In this document: positions 36,323 to 50,006 of the stretch, one piece after another | How the letters are laid out: each line of letters starts with the position of its first letter | Position numbering within the stretch: position 1 is the first letter of the stretch | Source: Squalus acanthias | Taxonomy: Eukaryota | Assembly (NCBI GenBank): GCA_030390025.1 | Contig: CM059433.1 | Location: 15,812,001 to 15,876,000 of the forward strand | DNA length: 64,000 nucleotides | Direction of reading: 5' to 3' | The notes under the pieces: model-generated | Told to the model about the DNA's origin: nothing | What the model saw: the letters and a program-made list of their open reading frames with translations, nothing else | Databases searched by the model: none | Made by a program: the position numbers and the translations under genes

Positions 36323-37304
36323 ATTATGTTCAGAGTTGGACAAATGTTTGATAATAGTGCTGGAGACTCACAGCCACCAAGGATTTTTTGTTAAGTAGCA
36401 AGCATTAAAGTTGGTGTCATGGGAATCTATTTTAGAGGGCTATGGAGAAAGAGCAGGGGAGTGGGACTAATTGAATAGCTTTGCCAAAGAGCCAGCACAG
36501 GCACGATGGGCCGAATGGCCTCCTTCTGTGCTGTATCATTCTATGATTCTATGTTCCAAATTATTAAAGCTTATGGTGGAAAAAGGTAGCAGAAGGCTGG
36601 ATTAAGTATCTACCTCTGCCATGCAAGCCCACTGGAATATGGAAGAAAGTAGTAAACCTTACAGTAATTTAGAAGGACTATAAAAGGTGAACCACAAAGA
36701 CATAATAAAATGTGAGAGCTAAAATGCAGTGCATAAAATACAGAGATAACTGTTTTTTCACAACATCCTTAACACCAGAATATACATGAGGGACATAGAT
36801 AAAAAAAGACTAGTGGGGAACTGGGTGGCACAGTGGGTTAGACACTACCCTCTGAACTCTGTAACCTTGATGTAAATCTAGACTAACGGGATGAAAGTCT
36901 CCTCTATGTGCTAGCAGTAACCGTTCTATGTGAAATGAGTCTGGGTAGTCTCAATCCAGTTGCTAGTGGACATTAGCCTAAACTGCAAAACTCTTCCTAA
37001 TTTGCCACTAAATGGCAATCTCAGTCAGAGACAGGAGGCTAGCAATGTAAACCTATTTTGAGCACGGAATCAGCAGTCGAACAGAACTTCAGGAATATCT
37101 AGACTACGTTGCTTATATGGGAAATGAAAAAAAGTAGTCACCCTGGTGCAGTATAGGAATGTTGTTGGGGAAGAGTTGAGGAAGTTTTACTTTATATCTG
37201 GCTGTACTATACCCGACCTTATCTGAGGATCCTTGATCCCGTCACTGGGTTTCTGAAATGGAAAAAATTCCATTGCCCAGCAAATACATCCCTCACCTTG
37301 GTTT

Positions 37305-37710
37305 CATTATTTGAAGGGGCTGCTCCTCAACCCCTGGCTCCACTTCAGTCCCACGCTTCTGAACTTTAGATCTTTAGGTGCGGAGGGGGTGCGGGCAAGT
37401 TGGAGGAGATCCTCGTGGGTCTTCGCCTGGGCCTGGCCAAGGTGAGCATCCACAGGTTCAAGTTGGACGAGGCCTGTGGGGGTGGTCGCTCTGGCTGCCT
37501 GCCTCTCTTCCGCAGTCTTCCGCGACCGGTGGAGGCCGTGGTGAATCATGCGAATATTATTGAATTTTTTAAGTTTCCTTTGTTTTACGGTTTCATTCTC
37601 TATTAGTTGTGCCTCTCTAAAAAGGGAGCACAACTTTTGTTAGGTTTTTTTTGTTTGACGACACTGGGGCAACCCAATGTCTCCATGTAGTTTTATTAAG
37701 AAAAAAATAA
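37305..37710 (+). mobile_element. Tx1/L1-group LINE 3' end
   Basis: It encodes LKGLLLNPWLHFSPTLL / EILVGLRLGLAKVSIHR...CLPLFR, followed by a T-rich UTR and an A-rich end. Confidence 0.7.
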
Positions 37711-38859
37711 TCCCTCAACTTGACGAGGAATCAGGTTAATGATTCTTCTGTGCCCCTACCATTTGCTCCTATTCATCTGTGCTCTGTGCTTCACCTGGTG
37801 AACCCTTCGAACCATAGAAGTTTACAGCACAGAAGGAGTCTGTTCAGCCCATCATATATGTAGTGGTTCTTTGTTAGAGTTCAAACTGTCTACCTAAATC
37901 CCCTGGGGTGGATTTATTTACACGCTTGCTATAGGTGGAGTGAGCGATGCTGTGAGGTGCTGGTTTCAGGGTTGCCACTTGGGCTTATGGCTTCCTCTTT
38001 GTTGTCATCTATAGAATCAGAAGACGATATCACGAAAGCATTCCCCTGAAACAAAATTTATCCGACTAATTTGGGTGTGTTATGGTGTTTTCCTGCAATG
38101 CTCGCAAGTATGTGAATGAGTGAAGGAAGAATGACAAGAAAAGGATAGTACTAGATCTGCAACTTCACCCTTGCCCACTTTTGTCAAGTGTGGCCAGCTT
38201 ACATGGCGAGAAATGTAAACATATGGGGCCTCCAGAAGTTCAGAACTAATCCCTCCTCTTAAAAGGAGCATTGATCTCCAGACACGGAAGTAGTCTTAAA
38301 ATATTGGAGGTTGAAGAGTATATTGACGAATGCTATCCCAGTAGCCACCCCATATCTCAGCTTGTGTGTGAGTACCTCAATATGTATCATTTAGGCTAGT
38401 GGTTTTAGGGGACATGTTTTCAAATGGCTAACTAGCAACAGCTGCAGTTTTAAGTTGGAGTAATAATGTATGACCTGCTGTAGTATGGGCATGTATGTGA
38501 AACTTGGGAAGAGCTGTTTTCTAAGAGCTTAGCCTGCAGCATACTGGATGTAGCAGGGTGAGAGGAGACTGTTAGTGACCTTATACTTTGTCCACATATT
38601 CAATATAGTGCAATACCGGCCAGCCTTAACTTAAAAGACTTCCCAAGGCTATTGAGTTTTTTCCTCATCTGCCTCTGGTTTCCTAAATGTTGGAAACAGT
38701 ATTCAGTCTGTCCACCACCTCCTGTCAAGCAGTACACACATTTATTCACAGCTGAAGGTGCCCTGGGAGGCCAAGTAGGACAATCCTCCTTTGCTGCATC
38801 TTGTATATATGAACATCCAGATTTGTTTCAGCAAAGGGAGCTGACCTACTCTATACAGC

Positions 38860-39415
38860 TGATGTGGGTAGCACAGGGTCAATGGAATGTTGTTGTAAAA
38901 TGCTGTCGATATGTTGGAAGCCATGTATTAGACTGACACCATGATTACAAGGCATGATGGGAAGCTTGGCCATCCTGACAGAAGCGTAGTGTCAGCAGTT
39001 AATAAGTGACAGTTGGTATAAACCTGTTTCATGAAACCTTGTTACACAGACAATGGGCAAAGATAAAACCTTGTTACAGAGACAATGGGCAAAGATAAAA
39101 CCTTGTTACAGAGACAATGGGCAAAGATGAAACCTTGTTACAGAGACAATGGGCAAAGATGAAACCTTGTCAATGGGCAAAGATGACAGAATACATCTGC
39201 TAAAAGCTTACGTGATCAGTAATTAACAATCGAGCAACTGTCAGCATCCTTGTCAACTGTTGATTTCTGCTTGATTATGTATAAATACATTGCCACGACT
39301 ACTGTAAAGTTGAGAGACTTCGGGACGCCGAAAGCTCTCCCCTGCATGCTTGTATTAAAGAATTCTCGTATTGTGGGCTATAAGTGACTTCAAGTGGTGT
39401 TTTTTCCCCACAACA
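38860..39415 (+). mobile_element. solo LTR, 556 bp, 5-bp TSD
   Basis: Termini are TGATGTGGG / CCCACAACA, and the TSD ACAGC is at 38855-38859 and 39416-39420. TATAAA is at 39280 and ATTAAA at 39354. Confidence 0.85.
39034..39185 (+). repeat. 32-bp tandem repeat in LTR U3 (4 full + 1 deleted unit)
   Basis: AAACCTTGTTACAGAGACAATGGGCAAAGAT(A/G) units start at 39034, 39066, 39098, 39130 and 39162. Confidence 0.95.
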
Positions 39416-39711
39416 ACAGCAGTCTTTTTTCCACTCTTATTCCCGGCAAACATCAATGAGCCCCTTTCGATAGCAGCTGCAAGTTGTTTACCAGCTCCGC
39501 CAATGTTAGTGAGCTTCCAGCACCAGGTCCAATCGGGGCTGCGAGTTTGTTGTGAATATTTAATGTATCTGATTTCCTCATTGCTTCAAGCCCCTCACTT
39601 CAGTTCCAGAACTGACACATTCTCCCAGTGCTGTTAGGAGAGGGGAGAAAGTTAGCAAGAAAAATGTGATGGATTTCTGTGACTGAAACAATACAGAAGA
39701 TGCCATGGGGA

Positions 39712-40440
39712 GGGAGTCATTTTCAACTTAATCCCAAAACGGGTTTGAAGTGGGCAGGGCGTCCATGGCACCTGCCCAATGATGTGGGCGAGAGGTACAA
39801 ACCGTCTTCAGGTTTGTGCCTCATTTCCATATGAATGGCAAGCTGTCAGCACTACTCATGCTGGTTACTGGCAGCTCGCCTGTGCTGGGGGAAGAGGAAA
39901 TTCAGGTGGGAGTGATGCCATTTAAAGGCAGCCTGCACCTTTTAATGGGGAGGTGTGTTTTGCCTGCACTGTGAGCTTAAACTTGGAGAATACAGTCGCA
40001 GTGTTCACTCAGGCCTGAGCTCCTTGAGATCGTCCTTGGTAGCCATCTCAAGTACCGTCGCTGGATGCATAGCAGCCTTCCACCTCCCATGTTTCAGTCA
40101 CGTTTAGGTGCTTACCTAACTGCAGCTGGATCCTTTTAGATAATGCTAATACAACAACTCTTTTGACTGTTCCCGCCTAAGATTTGTGAGCAGGTTTTAG
40201 AATGGGAAAAGCCAGTGCTGAGGAAGGTGAAAATAGTAGTCAGGACTCTCATTCACATATACGTATTAGGCATCTATTGGTTTCAGACAGGTGTCTTGGA
40301 CAACTAAAAGGCACCCAACTCAAAATGGCATTAGGTGCACTTCCAGCGACACTGGGCAAGTGAGTTCCCACCCAAAATTTGAAGGCCTCATGCCCATTCG
40401 CCAGACCAAAATGGATGGCCGTAAGTTGAAAATCACTCCC
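39712..40440. mobile_element. Harbinger-type MITE
   Basis: The 19-bp TIRs GGGAGTCATTTTCAACTTA / TAAGTTGAAAATCACTCCC have one mismatch and resemble the end of the element at ~9100. Confidence 0.8.
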
Positions 40441-41779
40441 CATGTGTGCAAACTCCAATTAAAATCAAACTTTCACAATCCACAAGTACTGTAAAAATAT
40501 ATGTTAATGTTACTGCTACTAGTCGCTTGTTCTATTACGGTTTAAGAAATTTGTTTGGTGGCAACTAAAGAAAGAAAGACTAGCTTTTATAAGCATCTTT
40601 CATGACCTCAGGACGTCCCAAAGTGCTTTACAGCTAATGAGGTACTTTTGAAGTGTAGTCACTGTTGTAATGTAGGAAAGCCCAAAAACATGTCTAGTGT
40701 CATGTTACTCTGGAGCTTCAAGACCAGGAGGATCCCATACAGCCATGAAATAGAATCAGTAGCTAAAGCATTCCAAACAAAAAGGCCTTCTGTTCATCCT
40801 GCTGGTGCTCGGCGATATTTTACCATGCTATCAAGGCAAGTGAAAGCATGTAGGGGAGCAAGGGCTACGAGAGTAGTCTGAAACACAGAAGCCAAAAATA
40901 CCTTGAGTAAAAAGGATAAAAGTACCAAAAATATAAGAACTTTTGTACATGGACAATCAATATGAGATGAGCGTTTGGAAAAACTGATATTAAGGGTAAA
41001 AATATCTTCAGCTGAAGAGGCCAAATGACTTCAACCCATCAGCAGGCCATTTATTCTATTGATGCAAAATAGAATGTATTTATTTTACAGAGAGTAAGAG
41101 ACAATTAGAAGAAATATAAATAGGTATGTATTTATAAGTACCCTCAGCTACCATTAAACATTCAATTTTCTTGGTGATGTATTAGGGAGACAAGACAAGA
41201 GAGGATAAAAAGTTATTCAATCCTTAATTTTATGTGTCCATTTTCTCTAATGGTGTTGGGAAGATGCTAAGTCTGGAAGGGGGTATCTTCATTTGATCAC
41301 AGGCGTAGTAGAGGCTAGTGCGTTCCTTGTTAGCATGTTTTATGTTTTACAACTGTTGGTTTGAAGTTGGCTGGGGATACTCAGTACAGGATTTTTCCTT
41401 AAGGTGTCATAATGTTGCTCTTCTCCACTAACACGATGACTGGGGAAAGAATGCTATGGACAGCATTCTAAATCGATGATATCCCTGGAGATAAGCATTG
41501 TGATGCCATTCAATAAACAATTTTACGTAAAATACCCGCTCCCATGCTTCCTCTGACAAGCAGCACAAAAGAATATAACACAAGATCAGATGGGGACAGT
41601 GAGTGTCCTGGTATCTTTATAAGGTTTTTGATTATGTGCTAATTCAGTTGATTTGTTTTTTCCCTTTAATTTGGGCTCAAAATGTTAATGTTGGTCTGAG
41701 AGTCAATTCCCTCAGTGTTCTCACATAGGAAAGTTACTAGTAGAGGATCATTAACGATATAAGGCCACCTTGACAGAGA

Positions 41780-43690
41780 AGAAGCTATTAGAGAATTTCA
41801 ATATGGTTCCTGGAAAAGAAGGTCCTGTCTCATCGACCTGGTTGAATTTTACCAGGGTGGTGGAGGTCGATAGCCCAGTTAACAGTGTGTATCCTGATTT
41901 TCAAAAAGTCTTTGACAAGATGCTGCAAAAAAGGTAAGGTTGGGTGCTGTGGGATGAGTGGTCAGATTTTGGGTTGGATAAGGAACTGGTTGTATTCTCA
42001 GTGACAGAAGGCAGTTATTAATGGTAGTGGTGCAGTGTGGTGACTGGTCACTAGTGGAGTCCTGTAGGAAGCGAAGTGAGGGATGTTGCCCTTCACCATC
42101 TTTATCAATGAGCTGTTTAAAGGCATTGCGGGAACTGTCCATAAGTTCAGGAATGGATATAAAGATATATGTGAGTGTGAAGACTGATGTAAGAAAACTA
42201 CTAGGCACTTGGTCTAAGCATTAAACAAAGCTTTAATCAAATTCTTTTTCAACATAGAGGTCGAGTTGTGTCCTTCACTAGTTCCTGTTGAGGAATGTCC
42301 TAAGCAAGCTGGGCCCATGCCTGAGTATTTATACTCTCCCTGGACAGCACCACCAGCAGGCCGCCCAGTATTACTTCATACATGAATGACAAGATTCATG
42401 TCAAAGACCTTAGATGAGGAAAGAGCAATTGCAGGCAAATGAAGATGTGATGGAGAATGAGCCCATGTTTAGCAGATGCCTTTTAGGAATAGGAACATAG
42501 GAACAGGAGTAGGCCATTCAGCCCCTCAAGCCTGTTCTGCCATTTAATCAGATCATGGCTGATCTGTATCTTAACTCCATTTACCCGCCTTAGTTCCATA
42601 ACCCTTAATAACCTTACCTAAGAAAAATCTATCAATCTCAGTTTTGACATTTTCAATTGACCGAGCCTCAACACCTTTTTGGGGGAGAGAGTTTCAGAGT
42701 TCCACTACCCTTTTAATAGAGATAAATATAGTGTTATGTACTTGGGTGGAGACAGCACAAAGCATGTACACACCATCCAGGGATGCATGTGGAAGGCTGC
42801 TGAGGCGGAGGACCTGGGATTTAGTGTGAAAGTTACTGAAGGTCCACGACCAGTGGTGCAAGGCTATTGCAGAAGCAAATAGAGTGTTAGGATGTATTGC
42901 CAGGACAATTAAACATAAAACAATAAATACTATTCTGTCTCTGTATAAGGCCATGGTTAAGCCTCATCTAGAATAGTGTGTCCAGTTTTTCTCCCCTTAT
43001 ACAATGGGTGATACAGAGGCCCTGGAAAAGGTGCAGAGAAGAGCTACTTGATCGAAACCTAGTTTAAAAGTTGCTCAGATACTACAACAGCCCTAGAGAG
43101 CTGGGGCTGTTTACTCTACAAAAGCATAAACTTCAAGGAGATTTGATTGAGGTTATTAAAATAATAAAAGGGTTAGACTCAGTCCTTGTGGATAGGATAT
43201 TTGAGCTAGATAGGTTAGGGAGGACCAGGGTACATGAGTATAAGTTACATAAGCACAGAACTAGGTTAGATGTTAAGGGGTCATTCTTTTCACAGAAGCA
43301 TCAAACCTCTAGAACACGTTGCCAGCATATTCGGTGAATGCGGATACTCTATAAGCATTCAAAAGGGAGCTCAACCGGTAAAAGGGATCTGGACAGCTCC
43401 ATGAGCGTGGCCAACATTACCTCATATAGAAGGTAGGTGGACGTTGAGTGATGTGTCTGCCAGTTAGCGTAGTCTCCTGGACGTTGTTTGATTGCCTTCG
43501 GGGGCTGGAGAAGAATTTCCCAGTGTTATTTTTTTTCCTAAGTTGACCTAAGTTTTTTTTCCCTTCTGTTTTCTTGCCTTTCCTAGGATGCCTGATAGGT
43601 GGTGGGGGGAGGGGGTGGCAGATGGGGTGAAGGTGTGTAAGAGTTATACCATGACAAGCATAATGGACCAACTGCTCATTTCCTGTCCTT
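41780..43690 (+). mobile_element. old CR1 LINE (RT to 3' UTR) with nested insertions
   Basis: It has degenerate DFQKVFDK, LYKAMVKPHLE*CVQF and ELGLFTLQKHKLQGDLIEV motifs. It is interrupted at 42185-42403 (LTR) and 42487-42712 (younger CR1 tail, minus strand). Confidence 0.75.
42185..42403 (-). mobile_element. very short solo LTR, 219 bp, 5-bp TSD
   Basis: Termini are TGA..TCA, and the TSD AAGAC is at 42180-42184 and 42404-42408. Minus-strand TATAAA is at 42328-42333 and ATTAAA at 42232-42237. Confidence 0.75.
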
Positions 43691-45039
43691 CAATTTAATA
43701 CTTAACATTAGGGTTACCAGATACCCAGTTGTGGAGCAGTTTAACATTTCTAAGGGATAAACTGGGCACCATAGGAAGGATTTTTCTTTGCCTATCCACT
43801 GGTTTTGTGGCAGTACTGAGGCAGGCCAGGGATCTATGCCCAAGGTTTTTTCTACTGGAAGTGACATCAGATGTTGGAAGCAGCTGCCCAAATATGGGTG
43901 AACGCATTCAAAAGCGGTAATAATGTTGAGAAGATGATGCATGTTATATTTTCAGTCACTATTGGCTAATCAATGCTGGCCACCATCAATACAGCATTTA
44001 ACAGGCATCCACTATAACTAGGCTAGGTAAAACACTAAACAAACTTTTAAAGGACAGTACAGACAAAGCAGTGGATCTAGGGACAATAGATCAATATTTT
44101 CTCATAGTTTCCTTACTGATTCTTCATCAGAGGCTGCAAACTATCTTGCTTCAGCGATTCTGCCTGGCTGTTTGAGTTGCTCCGGGCAACAGATTGCTGC
44201 AGCAGCAAGTCATTGCCTGACCACCTCCCCCAGTGGCGAGCTCCCAGGCACAGACAGAAACCCCACGGAGAACCAGCCAAAAAGATGCAAATTAACCTGA
44301 CCCCTTAACGTTGCCAGCGTCAGGTCAGTTGGGCAAGTGTGAGGCCCACCCCATCTCTTCAGCGCCATGGATAGGGCCAGAAGGGGGAAATTATGGCACA
44401 AGGGTCTAATATATAAATCAAAGTCCACTTCCACCTGCAACTGAGTGGCAGCGTTATTAAGATTACATAGGATATATGGCACAGAAACAGGCCATTCGGC
44501 CCAACCAGTCCATGCTCCACTTGAGCCTCCTCCCGTCTTTCCTCATCTAACTCTATCAGCGTATTAAAGTTCTCAATGAATTTTCATCAGCAGCGAAGCA
44601 AATCTTAGAACCCAAGCCACAATCCCTCTCTCGTCCCATGGCCTGTCTCATTTGAACTTGACAGCCGTTGGCAATCCTATGACACCAAACTGAAAGGTAC
44701 ACAAGAAATAAGAACATGTCCCCTTTAAATAATGCAACAGCTTGAAGCATTGAAGCAGGCAAAACAATCTTAAAGATCTTGTGAGCAGATTGTGCCTGCT
44801 GGCAGAACAAGCTCTTATACAAGACTGTTGTCACGTAAGGCCTGCTATGACCCCTAAATATGAATTTAATAGACTAAGAAGCCAGTACAATTCCCTCGAT
44901 TGTCACAGCAAAACTAATTGTTGCATTATTTGTAGAACTATAATCATAATTTTCTCATCACGCAGAAACCATATGGTTCTATTCTTTTGCCATTTTAGAG
45001 ATTTGATTATCAAAATACCTATTCTGAAGATGTGATTAT

Positions 45040-45143
45040 CTGAAATAAAAACAGAAAATGCTGGAAATACTCAGCCGGTCAGGCAGCATCTGTGGAGAGA
45101 GAAACAGAGTTAACGTTTCAGGTCGATGACCCTTCATCAGAAC
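45040..45143 (-). ncRNA. Penelope/MER6-like fragment with hammerhead motif (45109-45143)
   Basis: The reverse complement reads GTT-CTGATGA-A-GGGTC atc GACCT-GAAA-CGTT-AAC. Confidence 0.7.
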
Positions 45144-45149
45144 ATTCTT

Positions 45150-45708
45150 ACTATCTGGCCTCCCGTCCCAAACCTGCTGACTGCAATTTTAAATTGCAGA
45201 CGCCAAAGACATCCGCCTGAAGCCAGCAGGGTCCCTGTTTAAATATGCAGATCAGGTTCCGAAACTGTCTTTGGGGCCCCACTGGATTCTTGAGCCCAGA
45301 CCTGTGCGGGGAGGCCATCGTGGCAGACCAAGCCTGTCGGGAAATGGAGCTAGGGCCAGCAGAGGCCCAACGCGATAAGTTATCTTAATTTCTTTGTAGC
45401 TTCCTTGCAGGCCAAGAGGAGCTGGAGTGCTCCTCCAGGCCCCACAAGGAAACCTTGGGCCTCCCCTGTTCCAGGCCACCCTCCCCTTCACTGACCACAA
45501 TCCCCTCCTGGTCACATGCTTTAGTGCCGGGGAACCATTCCTTCCAGTCCCTGGCAGAAGCTTCCTGTCAATCAACCAAAATGACCGGGTATCCGCTTCC
45601 CACCAGTTAGATGTTAATGAGGCCCGGTCGCAAACAAATTCTGCTACTCTTGGACCCGCCGGCTGTTCACTGGGCTGCATTCTAACCCAGGAGTTAAAAT
45701 CAACCCCA
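45150..45708. mobile_element. Harbinger-type MITE fragment (related to 48505-49029 and 46688-47130)
   Basis: The copies share a GAGGAGC..GG..TGCTCCT hairpin and a CCTTGGGCCTCC segment. 45150-45708 and 48505-49029 have GAGTTAAA-type right ends. Confidence 0.55.
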
Positions 45709-46373
45709 TATATTCAGTGTATGAATACACGACACATTGGAAAGACAAAGGAGTTCACTAAAATCCTTCCTTCAGATGGTGAATTTTAAGATGAGATTCA
45801 GCAGCTGGTTAAGCTCTCTGATGTTATTGTGACTGTTGATTACACTCACATCGTTAGTTAAGCAAACCTTGTGAAAAAACATCTTCCAGGTCAGATTTTT
45901 GAGGTTATTTGCCTCAAGAATACGAGCAGTGTGAAATGCCAAATGTTGTAAAATTACCACTTCAACAATTTGACTTGAGAATATCCTAAATGGCCGAAGG
46001 AGTCACACATTTTTGAGTAAATATATTTTTACTTTTTAGCAGGGGGGTGGGGGGGGCGAATAAAAGTAGTTTTTCAGTGAAAATGTGGTTAGTAATTCTG
46101 CCCAGTGATCGTGCCAGACCAAAGGAAAATAAAATAAAACATCTAAGCACATGAGCGGGTGTGATACTGGAATAAAGAGGTACTGGGGGCGGGGGTGAGA
46201 TGCATTTTACAGTGTACCATTGAGATGGGCTTAAGTGGTACTGACATTGTATGCGGCACATAACTTTAAAGAAAAAGTAAAACAATTCCTACCTGCGGCA
46301 CCTTCCAAGGACATGGAAAGAAATGCATCAGTAATGCCTAACTGAGAGAGGAACCATGCTGTCTGTGACAAAG

Positions 46374-46517
46374 CCCATATGCATTTCTTCACTTCACCTG
46401 ACGAAGGAGCAGCGCTCCGAAAGCTTGTGATTTCAAATAAAGCTGTTGGACTATAACCTGGTGTTGTGCGACTTCTCACTTTTGTCCACCCCAGTCCAAC
46501 GCCGGCATCTCCGCATC
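46374..46517 (+). ncRNA. Penelope pseudo-LTR fragment with hammerhead motif (46394-46430)
   Basis: It is identical to 19108-19212 over about 105 nt, including the HHR core and AATAAA. Confidence 0.75.
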
Positions 46518-49344
46518 AAAAGCACAGACTGACAGAGGAGAACACCTTTCATTCGAAAAGTTGTTGTCAAAATTGCAGAACAAATCACTTTCAAACTATA
46601 ACAAATGTAAACTATTGTAACCAAAATAGTTCTCTTTTTTTTCCCCCCACAGTTGCAACTTCAGTGTTCACTCAGCCTGTCTTATAAAGGGGCAGAGAAA
46701 GCTCGCTAAGGACCACGGCCTGGTAATCGGATCGTGTTCGAATTGGGATCCGATCCTGGTGCAGCACATGCTGCACATGCCTAATGAGGCTGGGTGGCAG
46801 GACCTTGGCAAATTGCTCTACCAGCCTCATTAGGATAGTACCGTCGAGCGGTGGGTGCCGGACACAACCCCAGAGGCAGCTCGCCGGTCTTGGGGGAATT
46901 TGGTTGGCTTAGGTGCTGCCTAAGGTGCTCAGGTGAGTCTGGGAGGGAGGGGGGGAGGTAATCGATTGAGGGGGGGAGGCGGTGATTGATCAGTGGCCGT
47001 CAGCGGCCCATGGTTTTACTGTGGAGTCAGGAGGAGCTCTCCTGCTCCTCCTGGCTCCATGTTCAATTAAGCAAATAAACTTATCTTTTTGGTGGCGGTC
47101 CCTTTAAGGACTGCTGATTTGACTGGCGTGCACCTGAGAAAACTGACCACAGCAAGCATGGTGCAGAGATGGATGCAGCAGAAGAAATGTCACTCTGTAT
47201 AGCTGTTAGTTTGATAGCAAATGTGTAAACAATGTAGCTACTGCTCTAACTAATAATTATCATCATAGCAAATCTGCATGAGGCTGCCCCAGGGTCTTAG
47301 CTAAGTGATAGCAGACTTGTAGGACCATGATTGTTTTGCGAGAAGTACGATTGAATATTATCTTGACGAGCCATCCTCTTGTAAGTGACAGCTAACTACA
47401 CCATTATTCTTCTCGTTGTGATCCTGCTCGATAATGGGTGGGTGGAAATCTTGCCTGGATGGATGGCTCTGTGTCTGATTAATCAGACTGATTCATTGAA
47501 AGTATCCACTCAATGTCAAGCTGTTGTCTTTAAGGCTAACCAAGCACTTAGGATAACATCTCAAAAGCATTTGATTGTAAGTCAAAACACATTATTTTAC
47601 ATCTTCTGCCATTCATTTATAACTTCCAGACTATGTTTTCAGACATTTTATATGGGCAAGATAGAACAAAAAAAGGATAAAAATAACAAACTTTAGATGA
47701 GGAACCAAAAATAATAGAGAAATCAGAGGGAGGGCTCTTGTTAACACACAAGGAATGAAGATTGTCTCCCCGGACTAGGTGTAGAAAAACTATAAACATG
47801 GTCTTTAGAAATGCAGATGAATGAATACGAATGAATCTTTATGGGCAGCGTTTTAGAAAATAATTTTAAAAAAAAATGTTGCTTTAAAAAGTATTCCTTG
47901 ATATAAGAGTGGTAACCTGGTGCAGTTTGATAAATAGAGCTGAAAAAAATAAACATTTTTAAATCAGATTGTCCAGTCACCACCTGTGAGTAACCCGATT
48001 TTAAATAACTAAAAATGCATTTAATAAACTATACAGTACCGTTTGCTAGTTATTTTGGTGTACGATAGTCACTTTCTTTGCAAATTAAAAAAAAATTATA
48101 TTCAAAAGCTTTTAAAACGTGCTCTTGCGCCTAAAAAAACAACTTAATTTTAAAACCCTCCTCAAGGCCCGGAAATGGGCACAATTAACGAAAACTCTCA
48201 ATGGTGATTAATTCTCCCTGGGGGCGGGGCCAGTTTTGTGGGCAGGGCCAGCTTCTAACGCAATGTATGTTAAACTAGCGCAAAAGATCGCGGAAGCTCG
48301 AGTTGCACTCGACGTAATTTGTGCTTGAAATTCCGCGATCTACTAGGCCCCCTCTCATTTACTTCTCTTCAAGGCTGAAGAGTCTGAGTTTTCCAAGCCT
48401 TCCTCATGCCTCATAACTCAGTCCTCTGAGATTAGGGATCAACCTCACGTACCATTTCCATTGTTTGCTATGTCACTTTTGTTGACTTCTTTCCAATCCA
48501 GTAAGAAGTCGCCTTTTATTCATATCCAGGCAGGCGAGGGCCTCGTTGAGATCTAAAAGTCGGGGTCTGATGACGTCTTTCAGACCTCAACCACATTTTA
48601 ACTGACAGGAGCAAGGTCGGCGCCTGGTGACGACTACGCCAAGGAAACCCGGCGCCAAGGATCAGCAAGCCCAGAAGATGGCCAAAAAAGGTTAGTTATT
48701 TTTACTTTTTAAATGATTCTTTGGGAGCCCAGAGGAGCAGGATTGCTCCTGTGGGCACCACACGGAATCCTTGGGCCTCCTTTGCCCTGGGCTTCCTATG
48801 ATCACATCAGGCCCTCTACCTCTACATTTAGCTTGCTGGGGACCGTTCTTGTGGGTTCCTGGTTACAGCCTCCTGCCACGCTCGCCCAGCTCCCGCCTAC
48901 CGGAGTGACTTCATTACGCCAAGGTCGGGCGGGAGTTGAGGCTGCTCTATTTAAATTGGGCCAGGGAGTTAAAAATGGCTCATCCAACCAGACCCACGCG
49001 TGCCACTTGCCTCGAGTTAAATTCGGGTCTATAATTATTAATTTTGAGAGGGAACAAACCTACAACATGCTATTTAGGGATAATAGAAAAGTAAAGCAGA
49101 TTTAAAAAAAAATAAGGTTAACAAATATAATTAATTTTGAAAACACACATGCCATATACACTCAATTCATCAATTAATTCCAGACTGTAATTGTTCGACA
49201 TGATTTATATGAAAGGGCAAGTAAAGGAATAAAAGAACGACATTTAGAATATCCTTGGAATTCTAATCTCTGGAGATACATTAGCTCAATTGTAAAATCC
49301 AGAAACAGTAAAATATACATGCATAAAGTTTTAGAAATATTCGC

Positions 49345-50006
49345 TGTTCCCTTGTAAAAAGCATGTGAGATCCTTGGCTTTATAAACAGAAGCATATGGT
49401 ATAAAAACAAGGAAGTTATGCTAAACCTTTATAAATCACTGGTTAGGCCCCCAGCTGGAGTATTGTGTCCAATTCTGGGCACCACATTTCAGGAAGAATG
49501 TCAAGGCCTTGGAGATGGTACAGAGGAGATTTACTGGAATGGTTCCAGGGATGCGGGATATCAGTTACGTGGAAAGACTAGAGAAGCTAAGGTTGTTCTC
49601 CTTAAAGCAAAGAATGTTAAGGGGCGATTTAATAGAGGTGTTCAAAATCATGAAGGGTTTTGATAGAGTAAATAACGAGAAACTGTTCCCAGTGGCAGAT
49701 GGGCTAGTAACCAGAGGACACAGCTTTAAGGTGATTGGCAAAAGAACCAGAGGCGAGATGAGGAGAATTTCTTTTGCACAGCGAGTTGTTATGATCTGCA
49801 ATGCACTGCCTGAAAGGGTGGTAGAAGGAGATTCAACAGTAAATTTCAAAAAGGAATTGAATAAATACTTGAAGGGGAAAAGTTTGTAAGGCTATGGGGA
49901 AAGGGCAGGGGAGTGGGACTAATTGGAAAGCTCTTTCAAAGAGCCGGCACAGGCACGATGTGCCAAATGGCCTCCTTCTGTGCTGTATCATTCTATGTTT
50001 CTATGA
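49345..50006 (+). mobile_element. CR1 3' fragment
   Basis: It encodes LYKSLVRP / VQRRFTGMVPGM...RGDLIEVFKIMKGFDRV and has a (TTCTATGA)-type tail. Confidence 0.9.

Noticed and set aside
39034..39185. 32-bp repeats as a CRISPR array
   Set aside because: The units are contiguous with no unique spacers, there are no cas genes, and they lie inside a eukaryotic LTR.
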